A stretch of 64,000 nt of DNA from Eledone cirrhosa (Eukaryota), in assembly GCA_964016885.1 (NCBI GenBank), contig OZ024741.1, forward strand, positions 288,858,001 to 288,922,000, in the 5' to 3' direction. Below are positions 25,633 through 39,143 of the stretch, one piece after another; within the stretch, counting starts at the first letter, position 1, and each line of letters opens with the position of its first letter. The notes beneath the pieces are model-generated. The model ran no database searches. It was given only the letters and a program-made list of their open reading frames with translations, and had not been told where the DNA came from. Made by a program: the position numbers and the translations under genes.

Positions 25633-26027
25633 TGAGATCGCCACGGAAAACCCTTGTCCGCGGTTATACGGCCACCGGGCTTATACCCATCGGTACAGTA
25701 TAACTTATTCTATTTTCTCCTCGGTTACTTACTTACATGTGCCATTGTCCTGTGCTCCCCCTTCTATTTGTTATGTTTACTTCGTTTTTTCCTCTTTCCC
25801 TTTTTTTCTTTCTTCCTCTCTCTTCACTATCACTTCTTTCCTTCATGGTCTTTTGATGCATAAAAGGCCATGGGCGCGTTACGGATCAATATCCTGTTTT
25901 AAGCGCCGAAACATCTATGATCCGTAGTAAACAGCTGGCGAAGGGCATCTTTTCTTCTCTTGTTTACGTGCCTATAATCTTCTTACACTTCGTTTTCAGT
26001 GACCACACAGCCTGCCTCTTTACCTGT
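25632..26027 (+). mobile_element. (TA)n-inserted element with the rearranged hammerhead motif (copy 3, decayed)
   Basis: CT-rich tract, motif at 25844-25950, ACCACACAGC near the 3' end as in copies 1 and 2. Confidence 0.6.
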
Positions 26028-26044
26028 ATATATATATATATGTA

Positions 26045-27190
26045 TTTATTAAAATAACAGATTAAAGTTTAAGCAAAGAATCGCTGCTTTCACCCTAACG
26101 GGATCTTCTGAAACTAAAAAGTCAATCTGTGAACGCAGAAGTGAATATTTCAAAAAACGTTGCAACCGAAGAAAGACAGGAAGACGATACTTTGGTTCGT
26201 GGAAACGTTCCCTGGCAAAGAACGGAAAAAAACGAGGATAATACGTCATTATTTGGAGCGTTGAAAACAATTACACGCAACAACAAAACCACGTTTATGG
26301 TATAAATGAAGTCGTAGACTAATATTCTATTAGGTAGTTCATGCAGACCTTCTCTGGCAATGAACGGAAAAAACGAAGATAATACGTCATTATGAGGAGC
26401 GGGGAGCACAATTACACGTACAGACAAAACCACGTAAATGGTATAACGTGAATGGTATATACATATAATTAAATAAACGTAAATAAATATACAGACATAA
26501 ATATATATATATAACGAGCGCACACAAATACCTACATGTAAATACACATATGTTCGCAGACGTACGTCAACCAAAACACAAAGTACACATATACATACAC
26601 CCTACATACGTACGAACCCGCATACTCATACAGACGCAAAACTCACGTATATACATAACCAAATGCACATGTACCAGTATATATAATATATACGCCATAA
26701 CATATACAAGCAAATATACGTACGAGAAAGTATGCGTACCTTCACAAAACATACAGGTAATATATACTTACCTATACAAATAAGTAATGGTATAAATATA
26801 ACATATACTTAGCTACCACATCAAGGCGTAAAATATCCGCGTATAGTTCGTACTATCCGTTAGGGTATAATGTGGGGCTGTAATACAGGAAAGTTTTGTG
26901 CAATTTATGTTACAAGCCGAAATTGCCTCAGATTTTTTGTTTAAGATGTGGTCTTTGGCGTAGAGTATTTCCAGAACCTCAGCGGCGCAGAGGTCACATG
27001 GTATTTTATTTCCGTTACAGGGTCTAGCCCTAGCTAGGATCTCCCAGTGTAACTTATATTGGGTGTGGTTGTCTTTTAGACTCCAGATATAAGCTGAAAG
27101 TGACTTCATATTCCTTCTTAAAGGGTTAAGAAAAAAATGGGTATGCATGTAAAGACGCTGCTTGAATCTATTGGCGGTTAACCCTATGTA
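26045..27190 (-). mobile_element. Penelope-like element 3' part (GIY-YIG C-terminus + 3' pLTR region)
   Basis: SLSAYIWSLK..WEIL..CDLC..E..LNKKSE; downstream ~140 bp tandem duplication and CAGAAGA-TCCC..GGGT-GAAA hammerhead-like core. Confidence 0.8.
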
Positions 27191-27238
27191 GGCCCTACGG
27201 GGCGTGGGTGTTTCAGCCTTACATTTGTATATATATAC

Positions 27239-27269
<31 letters not shown>

Positions 27270-27293
27270 AGTTGTGTCGGGAGGTAACTACAG

Positions 27294-27346
<53 letters not shown>

Positions 27347-27396
27347 GTCGAATGTAGTGAGTTAAAGAGAATTAAATTGATCATGGTGGGAGGGAT

Positions 27397-27430
<34 letters not shown>

Positions 27431-27670
27431 GGGATATAAAGAGATAAATATATATATAAAAAATAAAGATAAAGATAATAATGACAAAAATAAAAGCAAA
27501 GAAGGGGAGAGAAAGAAGAAAAGAAAAGATAGCCAAAAAGGGGAGGAAAGAAAGAAAGAAAACGAAGAAATAGAAGATAGGTATTGGTTTTGTGGATAAT
27601 TAAGGGGGTTAGATACAATAAGAGGGTATAAAGTCTAAGTATATGCAGTTTGTCAGTTGGTAGTAAGAGG

Positions 27671-28134
27671 TTAAGGGTTCGATTTGCACTTGTAGTGCGA
27701 AAACTTTTCTTTGAGTCTATGGTTACAATAAATTGATCTTTCGATATTATTGTTGAGTAACTTATTCTTCGAACACAAAATGTGGAACAGCTCAAGGTCA
27801 CATAATCGACAGCTTCTCATACCACTCCGATATGGGGGCGCGTTCGATAATTTTTTCCACTTCAGGGTGTATTGATGGTTACTTTCCCTCAGTTGCCAGG
27901 TCTTGTTTGCAGGGGTAGTTACATAATGATGCTGGGAATGTTTCATTGCGTAACGGTGTGTATACCAACGGGCTTTAAATGTATTCCCAGTCGCTCCGAT
28001 GTAATACCATTTCAGGTTGTCTGATTCCACTGTGCATTGGTAAACCAGGTTAGACTGCATACATTCATTATGTAATGGACAGGTTTCAGGTAGGTGGCAG
28101 TTACAATTCTTGTCATGGGCAACTTTGGCAACTT

Positions 28135-28135
<1 letters not shown>
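27671..28135 (-). CDS. PLE GIY-YIG endonuclease domain (5'-truncated)
   Basis: CNCHLPETCPLHNEC linker, VY..YYIG, R..H, CRLC..E, LN..C.H; open frame cut by (TA)n. Confidence 0.88.
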
Positions 28136-28186
<51 letters not shown>

Positions 28187-28188
<2 letters not shown>

Positions 28189-28303
28189 AAGATGTTAGAC
28201 CCCGACGGCAGAGCTCAAGCCGTTTCGACGGCTATTTCTGGACTATGTATTGAGTACTCTGGTTCGTTATGGTCCATCTGGTTCCTTACTACACCTCCTT
28301 CGT
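28187..28303 (+). mobile_element. Family 1 PLE-like terminus, rearranged
   Basis: Inverted HHR half joined directly to GTATTGAGTAC..CCTTCGT(TA)n. Confidence 0.75.
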
Positions 28304-28317
28304 TATATATATATATA

Positions 28318-29775
28318 GTAATAATAATAAATTTGAAGACTAAAATCCAAAGAGGGCTCGATAAGGATAAATATATATCAAATATATAAGAACCGTAGAG
28401 CAAATATTTATTAAAATAACAGATTAAAGTTTAAGCAAAGAATCGCTGCTTTCACCCTTAACGGGATCTTCTGAAACTAACAAAGTCAATCTGTAAACGC
28501 AGAAGTGGATATTTCAAAAAACGTTGCAACCGGAGGAAGACAGGAAGACGATACTTTGGTTCGTGGAAACGTTCCCTGGCAAAGAACGGGAAAAAACGAA
28601 TATAATTCGTCATTAATAGGAGCGGTGAAAAACAATTACGCGCAAAGACAGAACCATGTTTATGGTATAAAAGAAGTCGTAGATTAATGTTCTCTTAGGT
28701 GGTTCATATAAAAAATCTGGGGTAATTTCGGCTTGTAAACATAAATTGCACAAAACTTTCCTGTATTATACCCTAACGGATAGTACGATCTATACGTGGA
28801 TTTTTTACGTCTTGATGTGGTAGCTAAGTATATGTTTTGTTTATACCATTACTTATTTGCATAGGTAAGTATATGTTACCTGTATGTTTTGTGAAGGTAC
28901 GTATACTTTCTCATACGTATATTTGATTGATTATGTTGTGGCGTATACATTTTTTATATTTTCTGGTACATATGGTTTGGTTATGTGTATACGGGAGTTT
29001 TGTGTATGCAGATTCGTACGTATGTAGGGTGTGTGTTTATGTGTACTTCATGTTTTGGCTGACTTACGTCTTCGAACATTTGTGTATTTACATGTAGGTA
29101 TGTGGGTGCGCTTGTTATATACGTATTTATTTATTTATATACTTTTATTTAATTATTTATTTGTATACACGCACACACACACATATTTATATGTGCGTGG
29201 TTTTGTATACCTATGGCAAGTGTTTTGCGTATGCTTGTGTATGTACGTATTTGAATGTGTGTATGCATTTATTTAATTTCTATTACCCCTGTATTGTATT
29301 TATTTACTTTATTCTTAACTCTGAAGCGGAGATTCATTCGGTTTCCTAATTAGAATTTAGTCTACGACTTCAGCTATACCATTTACGTGGTTTTGTCTTT
29401 ACGTGCAATTGTTCTCCACGCTCCACATATGACGTATTATCTTCGGTTTTTTCCGTTCATTGCCAGAGAACGTCTCTATGAACCACCTAAGAGAACATTA
29501 GTCTACGACTTCTTTTATACCATAAACGTGGTTCTGTCTTTGCGCGTAATTGTTTTTCACCGCTAATATTAATGACATATTATATTCGTTTTTTCCCGTT
29601 CTTTGCCAGAGAACGTTACCACGAACCAAAGTATCGTCTTCCTGTCTTCCTCCGGTTGCAACGTTTTTTGAAATATCCACTTCTGCGTTTACAGATTGAC
29701 TTTGTTAGTTTCAGAAGATCCCGTTAAGGGTGAAAGCAGCGATTCTTTGCTTAAACTTTAATCTGTTATTTTAAT
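28318..29775 (+). mobile_element. PLE with inverted 5' pLTR (same family as 26045-27190)
   Basis: 28410-28705 is the inverse of ~29480-29775; 28710-29160 is the reverse complement of ~26490-26935. Confidence 0.8.
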
Positions 29776-30243
29776 ATATATATATATATATATATTAGGA
29801 AAAGAATTTGGATGAAACTGGAGTCTTTTAAGAATATTTATTTACTTTGCCGATTTCATAGTTCTAGTTCTTATCATTATCAAAAGTAAAAATTGAGGAG
29901 ATGGAAGGTTTGTGTTTCTGGGACATTTAAAAAAAGTTTACTTTCTTATATATATATATATATATATAAAGGATCTTTATAACGTATAAAAATTGATGTT
30001 AGCAAAGCCTGCAATTCATATATATGAATTGCATTACTTGCTTTATACATTATATATTTACAAACAAATATAATAAACAAATTTATACTAAGTCATTATG
30101 TATATACATGTTTGTATCTGCTTACAATTACAGAGACTATATTAATATTCTATTTATTTTGGGATAAACACTCAAACATACACAAACACACACACATCAT
30201 ATATACTCATGCAAATATATACTTATATGTGTATATATATATA

Positions 30244-30297
<54 letters not shown>

Positions 30298-30638
30298 TAT
30301 ATATATATGCATGTGTATATATATAAGTGTGTATATATATATATGTATATATATAAGCTGAGGTGGAGGTGTATACGTGTGTGTGTCTATATGAAATTGT
30401 TGATGTTATGTTGATAATGTCACAGATTGAAAGAGAAAGAAATTAGACATCAGTATAATTGGTTTCGTCTTATAATTTCTAACAGAGAAATTTCAGATTC
30501 CAAGTTAGGGTCAAACTATGACCCCTTCATACTTTAATTTCGTTTCGATTGAGAATTTGATAGATGGAGGCACACGCATATATACACACATACATATGAA
30601 CGCACAGACACGCATGTACACACACACACATACATACA

Positions 30639-30678
<40 letters not shown>

Positions 30679-31175
30679 TACACGCATATACAATCTCACA
30701 CACACAGAAAGACAACACAAACCCCTACACTTATACAAAGAAATACATACACACACACACACAAACACGATATAGTTACCTAGAAACACTGCAAAGGAGC
30801 GCATAGGTAAGTATGTATGTGTGTGTGTATGTATGTATGTATGAGTTTATGTATATATGTATGTATGTGTGATGTGTGTATGTTTGTATGTATATGTTTG
30901 TGTGTATGACTATGTATGTGTTTGTATGTATGCCAGAATGTATATGTATGTGTGTATGTATATATATATAAGTATGTATGTATGTATATATATGTATGTA
31001 TAACGAATGTATGCAAGCGTGTGTGTATGTGTGTGTACATACATGTAAGTATGTATGTATATATATGGAAATATATATGCACAAAAGTACGTGCGCGCGC
31101 ACTCAAACGTATATATATGAACCTAATAAACTCATGTGTGTACTGCCTCTCTGTTTTTGTTCCTGTCTAAGATTG

Positions 31176-31228
<53 letters not shown>

Positions 31229-31401
31229 GGGTGTAGATGTAAGAGTGATGTATTATTACAGATATTGACAGATTGTCATATATATTGTTTGGATGTTCGA
31301 TGTTCAGGTCAACAGAATGTGAAGAATTTATTGTAAGTGCGAGGTGACAATCGTCTCTGTCTATACACACTCTGATGTGCGTATGTATATATACATATAT
31401 A

Positions 31402-31467
<66 letters not shown>

Positions 31468-31489
31468 CGTGTGTGTGTATTTATGTATG

Positions 31490-31527
<38 letters not shown>

Positions 31528-31530
<3 letters not shown>

Positions 31531-31612
31531 ATAATAATAAATTTGAAGACTAAAATCCAAAGAGGGCTCGATAAGGATAAATATATATCAAATATATAAG
31601 AACCGTAGAACA
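31528..31612 (-). mobile_element. Solo 3' terminus of the same PLE family
   Basis: Matches 28318-28400; related to 16900-16970; lies between (TA)n. Confidence 0.75.
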
Positions 31613-31630
31613 AATATATATATATATATA

Positions 31631-32022
31631 CGAGGGCAATCCCAAACTTAAGGTCTCCTTCCGATATTGCAACTTTTCCGTTAAAATCCTGTGTATGGTA
31701 TTTCGGGAAACCTCAGGAACCAAAATGCAGAGAGCATCCAGAGTGATCCGCCGATCTTTACGCATGTTTTCCTCGGAAGGAGACCTTACTTTTGGGATTG
31801 CCCTCTATATAATAACTGCGCGAAATTCGCACTTGGCGGTAGCGTTCAACGGGAGCTCCATTCTCAACGACTGTCAAGCCAAGATTGAGCATCCCAGCGA
31901 AGCGCGCGCATGCTTGTTTGGGAGTGAAGGAAGCACCAATCACAACAGTGTTGCTAACAGCCGTACGAACAGTTTCTCTGCGTCCCCATCGCTTTGGAGA
32001 CCTTACTTTTGTAATTACCCTC

Positions 32023-32023
<1 letters not shown>
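31631..32023 (-). mobile_element. Mariner relic/MITE with three TIR copies
   Basis: TA-CGAGGG..AAGGTCTCC TIRs at 31631, 31805 and 32023; transposase pieces [17 protein letters not shown] (from 31861) and [27 protein letters not shown]. Confidence 0.85.
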
Positions 32024-32071
<48 letters not shown>

Positions 32072-32085
32072 CATAGATACCATAT

Positions 32086-32152
<67 letters not shown>

Positions 32153-32748
32153 TATAATTATATATATTTATGATACATATATATATAGGTATATATATAT
32201 ATGTGTGTGTGTATGTGTGTGTGTGTACAAGTGTGTATGTATATATGCATGTATGTATGCACGGTGACATGGGCATACTCGGTTTGCTGCCCGAATTCGC
32301 CGGGAGTGAGAGACACCTGGTCCTTTTTACAACTTTGTTCTAGAAGATGGAAACTCTCATATAAATTCTGTGACTCGATTTCAGTAAATGATTTTGACCA
32401 GTTCTTCCTTTTGGATGCCTGTCGCCGCTGTTTAAAGGGCTGGATTATTTCAGTACAAGACCTTTCTTCACTTAAAAAGGTTCAAGCACAGATATCACTT
32501 GATTATTTAAGTGTAACCTTTGAGAGAAAAGCTACTGATTACATTTGCTTTTTTGTATTGTTAGGAAACTAAATAAAATTAAATTTATAGTATTCATATT
32601 TAATTATTATAATAGCTACTTATACTACAATTCGTATTGAGTACTCTTCACTCGTAACACACACACACTCACACACACACACACTCACACACACACATAC
32701 GAACTCACACAAACATACACTCATACATACACACACTCACACACACAC

Positions 32749-32815
<67 letters not shown>

Positions 32816-33172
32816 GGGTCGATAAAATAAAGTACCAGTAATGTACTGGGTAATTGCTGGCCTTGTGCCAAAAGTAGAAACAATTAATTATATTTTCCCT
32901 CCCTCTCTTCTTCTCCAGAGGTAATTGGCTTTATTCAGACCTGGAAAAAAATGGGCTCTGCTAGGCTTAAAAAGGCCAAGTTACACCGTATGCCACTACG
33001 GTGCCCTTCCGACATCACAAACTTACCCATACGAAAGCAAAAACAAAAATAATGGTAATTTTACAAACACCTCCTACATATTCAATAGTAGTAGTAGTTG
33101 AATCATGTGGTGAATGAACAAGAAACGGCATTTAGAAACATTCTCTCTTATATACACATATACACCAGGTAA

Positions 33173-33495
33173 CGAACACGAAGGAATCAAACTCCCACTG
33201 ACACAGCCACCGTCTATCCGGCTCTCCCTATCTCTCACTATTGTGAGAAAATGGGGGTGGGGTTCCACGCACAGTCCGCCCCGTGGCCCCGGCGGACAGA
33301 ATAGAGAAGGCAAACATAATGGCTCTTCCAGCGCATCTCCCTTACCTTCCTCCGTGGAATCGCCTTCTGCATTCTGTCCGCCGGGGCTGTGGGGCGGCCA
33401 GCACGTGAGACCCCATTTTCTCATAATACAGAGAGATGGGGAGGGCGAGAGTGATGGGGGCGATGGTAGTGGGAGTTCGGCTCTTCCGTGTTCGG
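33173..33495. mobile_element. GC-rich fold-back (MITE-like) element
   Basis: Long imperfect inverted arms, e.g. GCCCCGGCGGACAGAAT/ATTCTGTCCGCCGGGGC and TGAGAAAATGGGG/CCCCATTTTCTCA. Confidence 0.7.
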
Positions 33496-34005
33496 ACACA
33501 TTGGTAAGCACTTGGCATTGGGTTTGATTCTACTTGTGTAGTTTAGTACTGACTTGGTCTGACAACCCCAACCTGACCCAACCTACACATGTCAATTTTA
33601 TATATCACGCAAAATGTGAACACGTTTCGCTAATTCGCTTTACTAGCTAGTTGCTAACTTCCTTTTTACCTAGAGACATACATGCTTATAGATAAATGTG
33701 CATTTTTACATATGGAGGGGAAAATAATTGAAGAGGAAGGAGAAAAGGATAAGTAAGAAAAGATAGGTTAGTAAGTGGAGGTGGAGTGCAAACTGAAGTG
33801 ATAGGTAGAGGATGAGGTGGAAAGAGAGGACAAGAGAGGGAGAGAGAGAATGCGAAAGTTAGAGGGAGTGAGTGCGAGAGAGAGTGCGAAGGAGAGAGAG
33901 AGAGAGTATGTGTGTGGGAGAGAGAGGGAGGGGGAGTGTGAGTGCAAGAGAGAGTGAGAGGGAGAGTGTGTGAGTGGGAAAGAAAGAGAGGGAGAGTGTG
34001 AATGC

Positions 34006-34044
<39 letters not shown>

Positions 34045-34139
34045 TGTATGTGATTGGAAGAGAGAGGGAGGGACAGTGTGAATGCGAGAGAGAGAGAGAG
34101 TGAGAGAAAGGGAGAGAGAGAATGCGAAAGAGAAAGAGG

Positions 34140-34214
<75 letters not shown>

Positions 34215-35136
34215 GGTTAAAGATGGAGTGTACAGGAACAGCAAGAGAATATTTTTGATTTATTGTTTATCGTTTCTAGGTTCAAATCCTTCCACTCCCA
34301 CCCATCCACCTCCTCTCACCGTCCCCTGTATAACACCTTGTCTGATCATCACTGATTGGACATCTGGCTAATCTCTATGTTATCAATGTGGTGGTTATAG
34401 TGGTGGTGGTAGTGGTGGTGGTGGTATTGGTCGTGGTGGTCGTGGTAGTGGCAGTAGTAGTGAAGTGGTGCTGTTGATGGTTGTTATATGGTGAGAATAG
34501 TAGTGGTGTTGTGGTAGTGGTATTGAGGTGTTAGTGGTGTTGGTGGTCGTCGTAGTGTTGAGAATGGTAGTAGAGTGGTGATGGTGGTAGAGAAGGTAGT
34601 GTTGGGGAAGATGCTGGAGTCGGTGGTGGTTGTAGTTGTGAGAATAGTAGTAGAGTGGTGATGGTGGTAGCGGTGGTAGTGGTATTAGATGTTAGTGGTG
34701 GTTGTGGTCGTAATTGTGAGAATGGTAGTCGAGTGGTGACGGTGGTAGCGGTGGTAGTGGTGGTGGGGATTTGAGGAGTGCCGTTATGTTTGTTGGTAGC
34801 AGTGATGGTCATCCTCATTGTGGAGAGAATGGCAATGAGGGGGGGGGGGGCTTTAAGTTGTTATTGGTGGTTGTGGTGGTGCTATGTGTGTTGGAGTATA
34901 TAGTGGTGGGGCTTTAAGTGATGACAGTAGTAATAATCTTTGTGGTTAGAATGGTAGGTTGTGATGGGGGTAATGGTGATGTTGATGGTGGCAGTAGTGA
35001 TGGGGATAGTAGTGATCGTTGTGTTTTCTATGGTAGTGTTGGAGGTACTGCTAGTGGCTGTGGGGTCTGTTACGGCGGTTGTAGTAATCGAATTATTGAT
35101 TGTAATGGTATTATTATTATTGTTGTTGTTGTGGGA

Positions 35137-35562
35137 AGTGGATTGGCAGTATCAGTTGAGCGTCGGACACCATGCTTTGCAGCATAGAGTTACGGTCCTT
35201 TACGTTCTGAGTTTAAATCCCACCGAGGTTAACTTTGCCTTTCATCCTTACGGGGTAGGTAAAATAAAGCACCAGTAATGAACTGGGGTCGATTTAATCG
35301 ACTACCCCCCCCAAAAAAAAAAAATGACTGGCCTTGTGCCTAAAGTAGAAATTATTATTATTGTTGTGGATTGGCAGGTGGATTGGTAGAATCGGTGGAG
35401 GGTCGGACGCCATGCTTTACAGCATAGAGTTACGGCCTTTTACGATTTGAGTTCAAATCCCACCGAGGTTAACCTTGCTTTTATTCCATACGGGGTCGAT
35501 AAAATAAAGTACCAGTAATGCACTGGTATAATTGCTGGCCTTGTACCAAAAGTAGAAACAAT
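35137..35562 (+). mobile_element. Two tandem Nin-domain SINEs
   Basis: Two copies of the GTGGATTGG..GTTCAAATCC..Nin core..GTAGAAA unit. Confidence 0.85.
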
Positions 35563-35604
35563 TATTATTGTTGTTGTTATTGTGTCCGTGTGGATTAGTG
35601 TTGG

Positions 35605-35845
35605 ACTTAGAATCGTAATAACATGGGGTCAATTATTGGACTGGGGGGCACGTTGCGTTCTTGAGCAAAAAACTTCAACGCATGTTGCTCCATTTCATTC
35701 AGCTGAAAATGAGTACCACCAAGCAGCTAAGGATTGAGCCAGCGATGGACTGACGTCTTGTCCGGAGGAAGTAATGTACTATCAGTCACTTCCATTGAAA
35801 GTGGAATATGCGCCGGTCTGATGAGCCTCCCGGCTTGGGACGTAG
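35605..35845 (+). mobile_element. Second tRNA-SINE family (Deu/Meta-like core)
   Basis: TTCTTGAGCAAAAAACTT..CAGCTGAAAATGAGTACC..GCGATGGACTG..CTGATGAGCC; minus copy at 53135-53385. Confidence 0.6.
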
Positions 35846-36779
35846 TTTAACACTGCGATAGACTGAGTTCTTGTGTCTTTTACTCACAATTGTATAACGT
35901 CAATGAAACTGGGATGGACAGTCGCTTGATGAGTCTCTGGGCTTGGAACAGACTTTAACTTTTTGGGGCTGAAGTCGTCTATGATTGAGCAAAGTTATTA
36001 CAGAATACGTCCACCTAACCATCCTGTTGTTAACTCTGGTAAAATATATCAAGGAAATATATTTGTTTTGCAAGATTCTAATCGAGGAATATGTTAGTAA
36101 CCTAACTAATAACAGAACTGAAGTGAAACTGAACTTGTGCGTGCAATTGGCAGCATTACTCTCCTAAAATATTCCTTTTAAATGACATTATGATGTTTCA
36201 CGTGGTGGCTGAAATGTAGTGGTTATGGTAGCTATAGTAGGTGAATTAGCTGTGGTAGTAGAACTTGTAGTTATGGTGGCACTTGTCTTCGTTGGAGTAG
36301 TGGCTCGTTTTGATTGTGGCTGTTGTAGTTATGGTGGTAATAACTGCGATGTTTGTGGTTGTGGTTTTTATAGTAGCAGTTGTGATAGGTATTCTTATGG
36401 CGCTAGTAGTTGTGGTAGCTGTGGTGGTAATGATAGTGGTGGTTTCAAATATTTTCTTTAATACTCCATCTTCACACTAATTTCAAATCACCCGTCCAAC
36501 CATCCATCCATTCATCCACCCGCATACATGCCCACCCACCTACATACCTGACTATCCCATCTATCCACCTGCCTAAACCACCATTGATGTCAGCACTGGA
36601 CTGACCTCTAGGGGTCACCGAATGTCATCACGAAATTATGCAGGCGTTTTTCGGTGGTTTGCAGCTCCGACAATCTCATTAGCATTGGGACACTTTCCAT
36701 ACAGCGCACACAGGTCACACACACAAACGTACACACACAAGCACACACAAACATACATAAACAGACACAAGCAGATCAC

Positions 36780-36865
<86 letters not shown>

Positions 36866-37180
36866 ATATGTATAAATACTGCTAACAACCCACCACACAT
36901 AAATACATACACACATATGCATACATTCACATGCATATGCAAACATGCGGCGAATACACGTCACACAAACTTACATATGCATATAAACACATTTACATAC
37001 ATATACATACATATAGCATGCACACAGTTCTATACACACACATGGCTCGCTACACACACGCTCGTGCACACACACACATATGTCTATGACTATAAACAAA
37101 AGAAAAGAACACTCGATATCAAAGTTTCACGTGCCCATAAAATACAGCCATGTGATCATATATATATATATATATATATA

Positions 37181-37277
<97 letters not shown>

Positions 37278-37522
37278 ACCCTTCCCCAAACATATATAAC
37301 ATTATAATAAAATTCAAGATAACTGACAAACACTTTATGATAGATTTGTTTGTGAAATGGTAATCTGAGCATGTATGTGCTTTCATAAATTCCTCCCTAC
37401 CCCTCTTTCTCACACACAATGTTGGCAAGACATATTCTCTCTCTAAATCGTCAGTTGTTTAACAAAAGTCGTCTGTAGTTATCTACACGTTTCTATGCAC
37501 CATCGGCCAATAAAAATAACAA

Positions 37523-37578
<56 letters not shown>

Positions 37579-38538
37579 AATTTGCCTGGCACCTCGAATG
37601 CCTACAGGCGCTCACAGCCCTCTACCAAGCGGAAACGGCAATCAGCGGAGACTCCACTTCGACATTATATAGGGGATTAGTGGAGGATAAGTGCGACGAC
37701 GTTCTCGGGAAAACTCTAGGCATCGAGGAGGACGAACTGACCAGTCTGTTCGGGAGGACTTTCCGTCCAGGGCCTATGGATAACTTCCAGAGGTCTCTGG
37801 CCTGGCAGTGCTACCGAGGAGCTCTACCAGTTCGAGACAAAATCTACAGGCACGGATCCTGCCAAAAGGACCTGTCCAAGATGCGAGCAGGACATCGAAA
37901 CCGTTCTGCACGTAATTGTTCACTGCCCAGGGGTGACCGACCTGTGGAATTATGTCGAACAGCTACTGTCACGTGTAGGGCGCATCCAGTTGTCAGCCGA
38001 GTCCATCGTGAGGATCACCCCGCCGCCTTCATTTAAGAACGAAGGAGAGGCGGTTTTCCTCTGTCTGGTGGCTATAGCGAAAGAGGTAATATGGTGGACG
38101 AAGTTAAAAGGACTGAGGGCAAACACCTTTCTCTCCGGACAACAACTTATCCCCTTCTTTAAGTATCATTTCAGAAGGAAGGTGAAAGTGGAGAGAGAGG
38201 TGCTACACCCCAGTAAATTCGCTGAAAGGTGGGTGAATGTGGCAAAAATGGCCCGAGTGAATGGGCCTTCTCTGTATATAAACCTGTAGGTTGAGGAAGA
38301 TAAACAGAGGGAAGACAGGAACAGCTACAAAACGTGTTCCTCGTGTTGAGTGTTGTTCTATCCACGGGGTGTAAAACAACCCTGCAGTAACGTTCCCCTC
38401 TATTGGGGATTTCAATTGTTATTTTATTATATATAGTTTATTGTTATTTATTAATGTTAAAGTTATATTTATGTAAAACCCCGCCGTCACGTCTTTTAAT
38501 GTCCCATTTGTGTACGCCCCTGTGGCAAATAAAGAAAG
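37579..38538 (+). mobile_element. 5'-truncated Tx1 copy
   Basis: ORF2 C-terminal homology; (ATCT)n on both sides. Confidence 0.92.
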
Positions 38539-38539
38539 A

Positions 38540-38604
<65 letters not shown>

Positions 38605-38605
<1 letters not shown>

Positions 38606-39113
38606 ATCAAACCGCCACCCTCCTTCAAAAACGAGGGAGAGGCGGTTTTCCTATGTGTTATGGCTATGGTGAAAGAGGTTATATGGTGGACGAGGTTAAA
38701 AGGGCTGAGGTCAGACACCTTTCTCTCCGGCGAGCAACTGATTCGTTTTTTCAAAAATCATTTTGGAAGAAGAATCAGGATGGAGAGAGAGGTGCTGTAC
38801 CCCAGCAAATTTTATAAAAGGTGGGTGAATGTGGCAAAGATGGCCTGAGTGGTTGGGCCTTCTCTCTATATAAGCCTGTAGGTTGAGGAAAAAGAGGAAA
38901 AGAGGAAGGGAGTACTCACTCTTGGTGCTCCTATAGATGAGGGTTGTACATTTTTTCGGGGTGTGTACAACCCCTGTGTAACACCTCCCCCCTATTGGGG
39001 ATTTCAATTGTTATTTGTTATTGTATTAATAGTTTTATTTTCATATACCTGTATGTAAACTCCCCATTCGTATTTGTCCCCTTCTTTTGTGCCCTTGTGG
39101 CTAATAAAGAAAT
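38605..39113 (+). mobile_element. 5'-truncated Tx1 copy
   Basis: IKPPPSFKNEGEAVFLC..; (ATCT)n on both sides. Confidence 0.92.
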
Positions 39114-39143
39114 TTATCTATCTATCTATCTATCTATCTATCT

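Noticed and set aside
25855-25949. Twister or HDV-like fold for the 25.9 kb structure
   Set aside because: It lacks their conserved pseudoknot nucleotides and aligns better with the rearranged hammerhead copies.
35815-35845. CTGATGAG in the SINE tail as a hammerhead
   Set aside because: No GAAA follows the hairpin, and no stem I/III is present.
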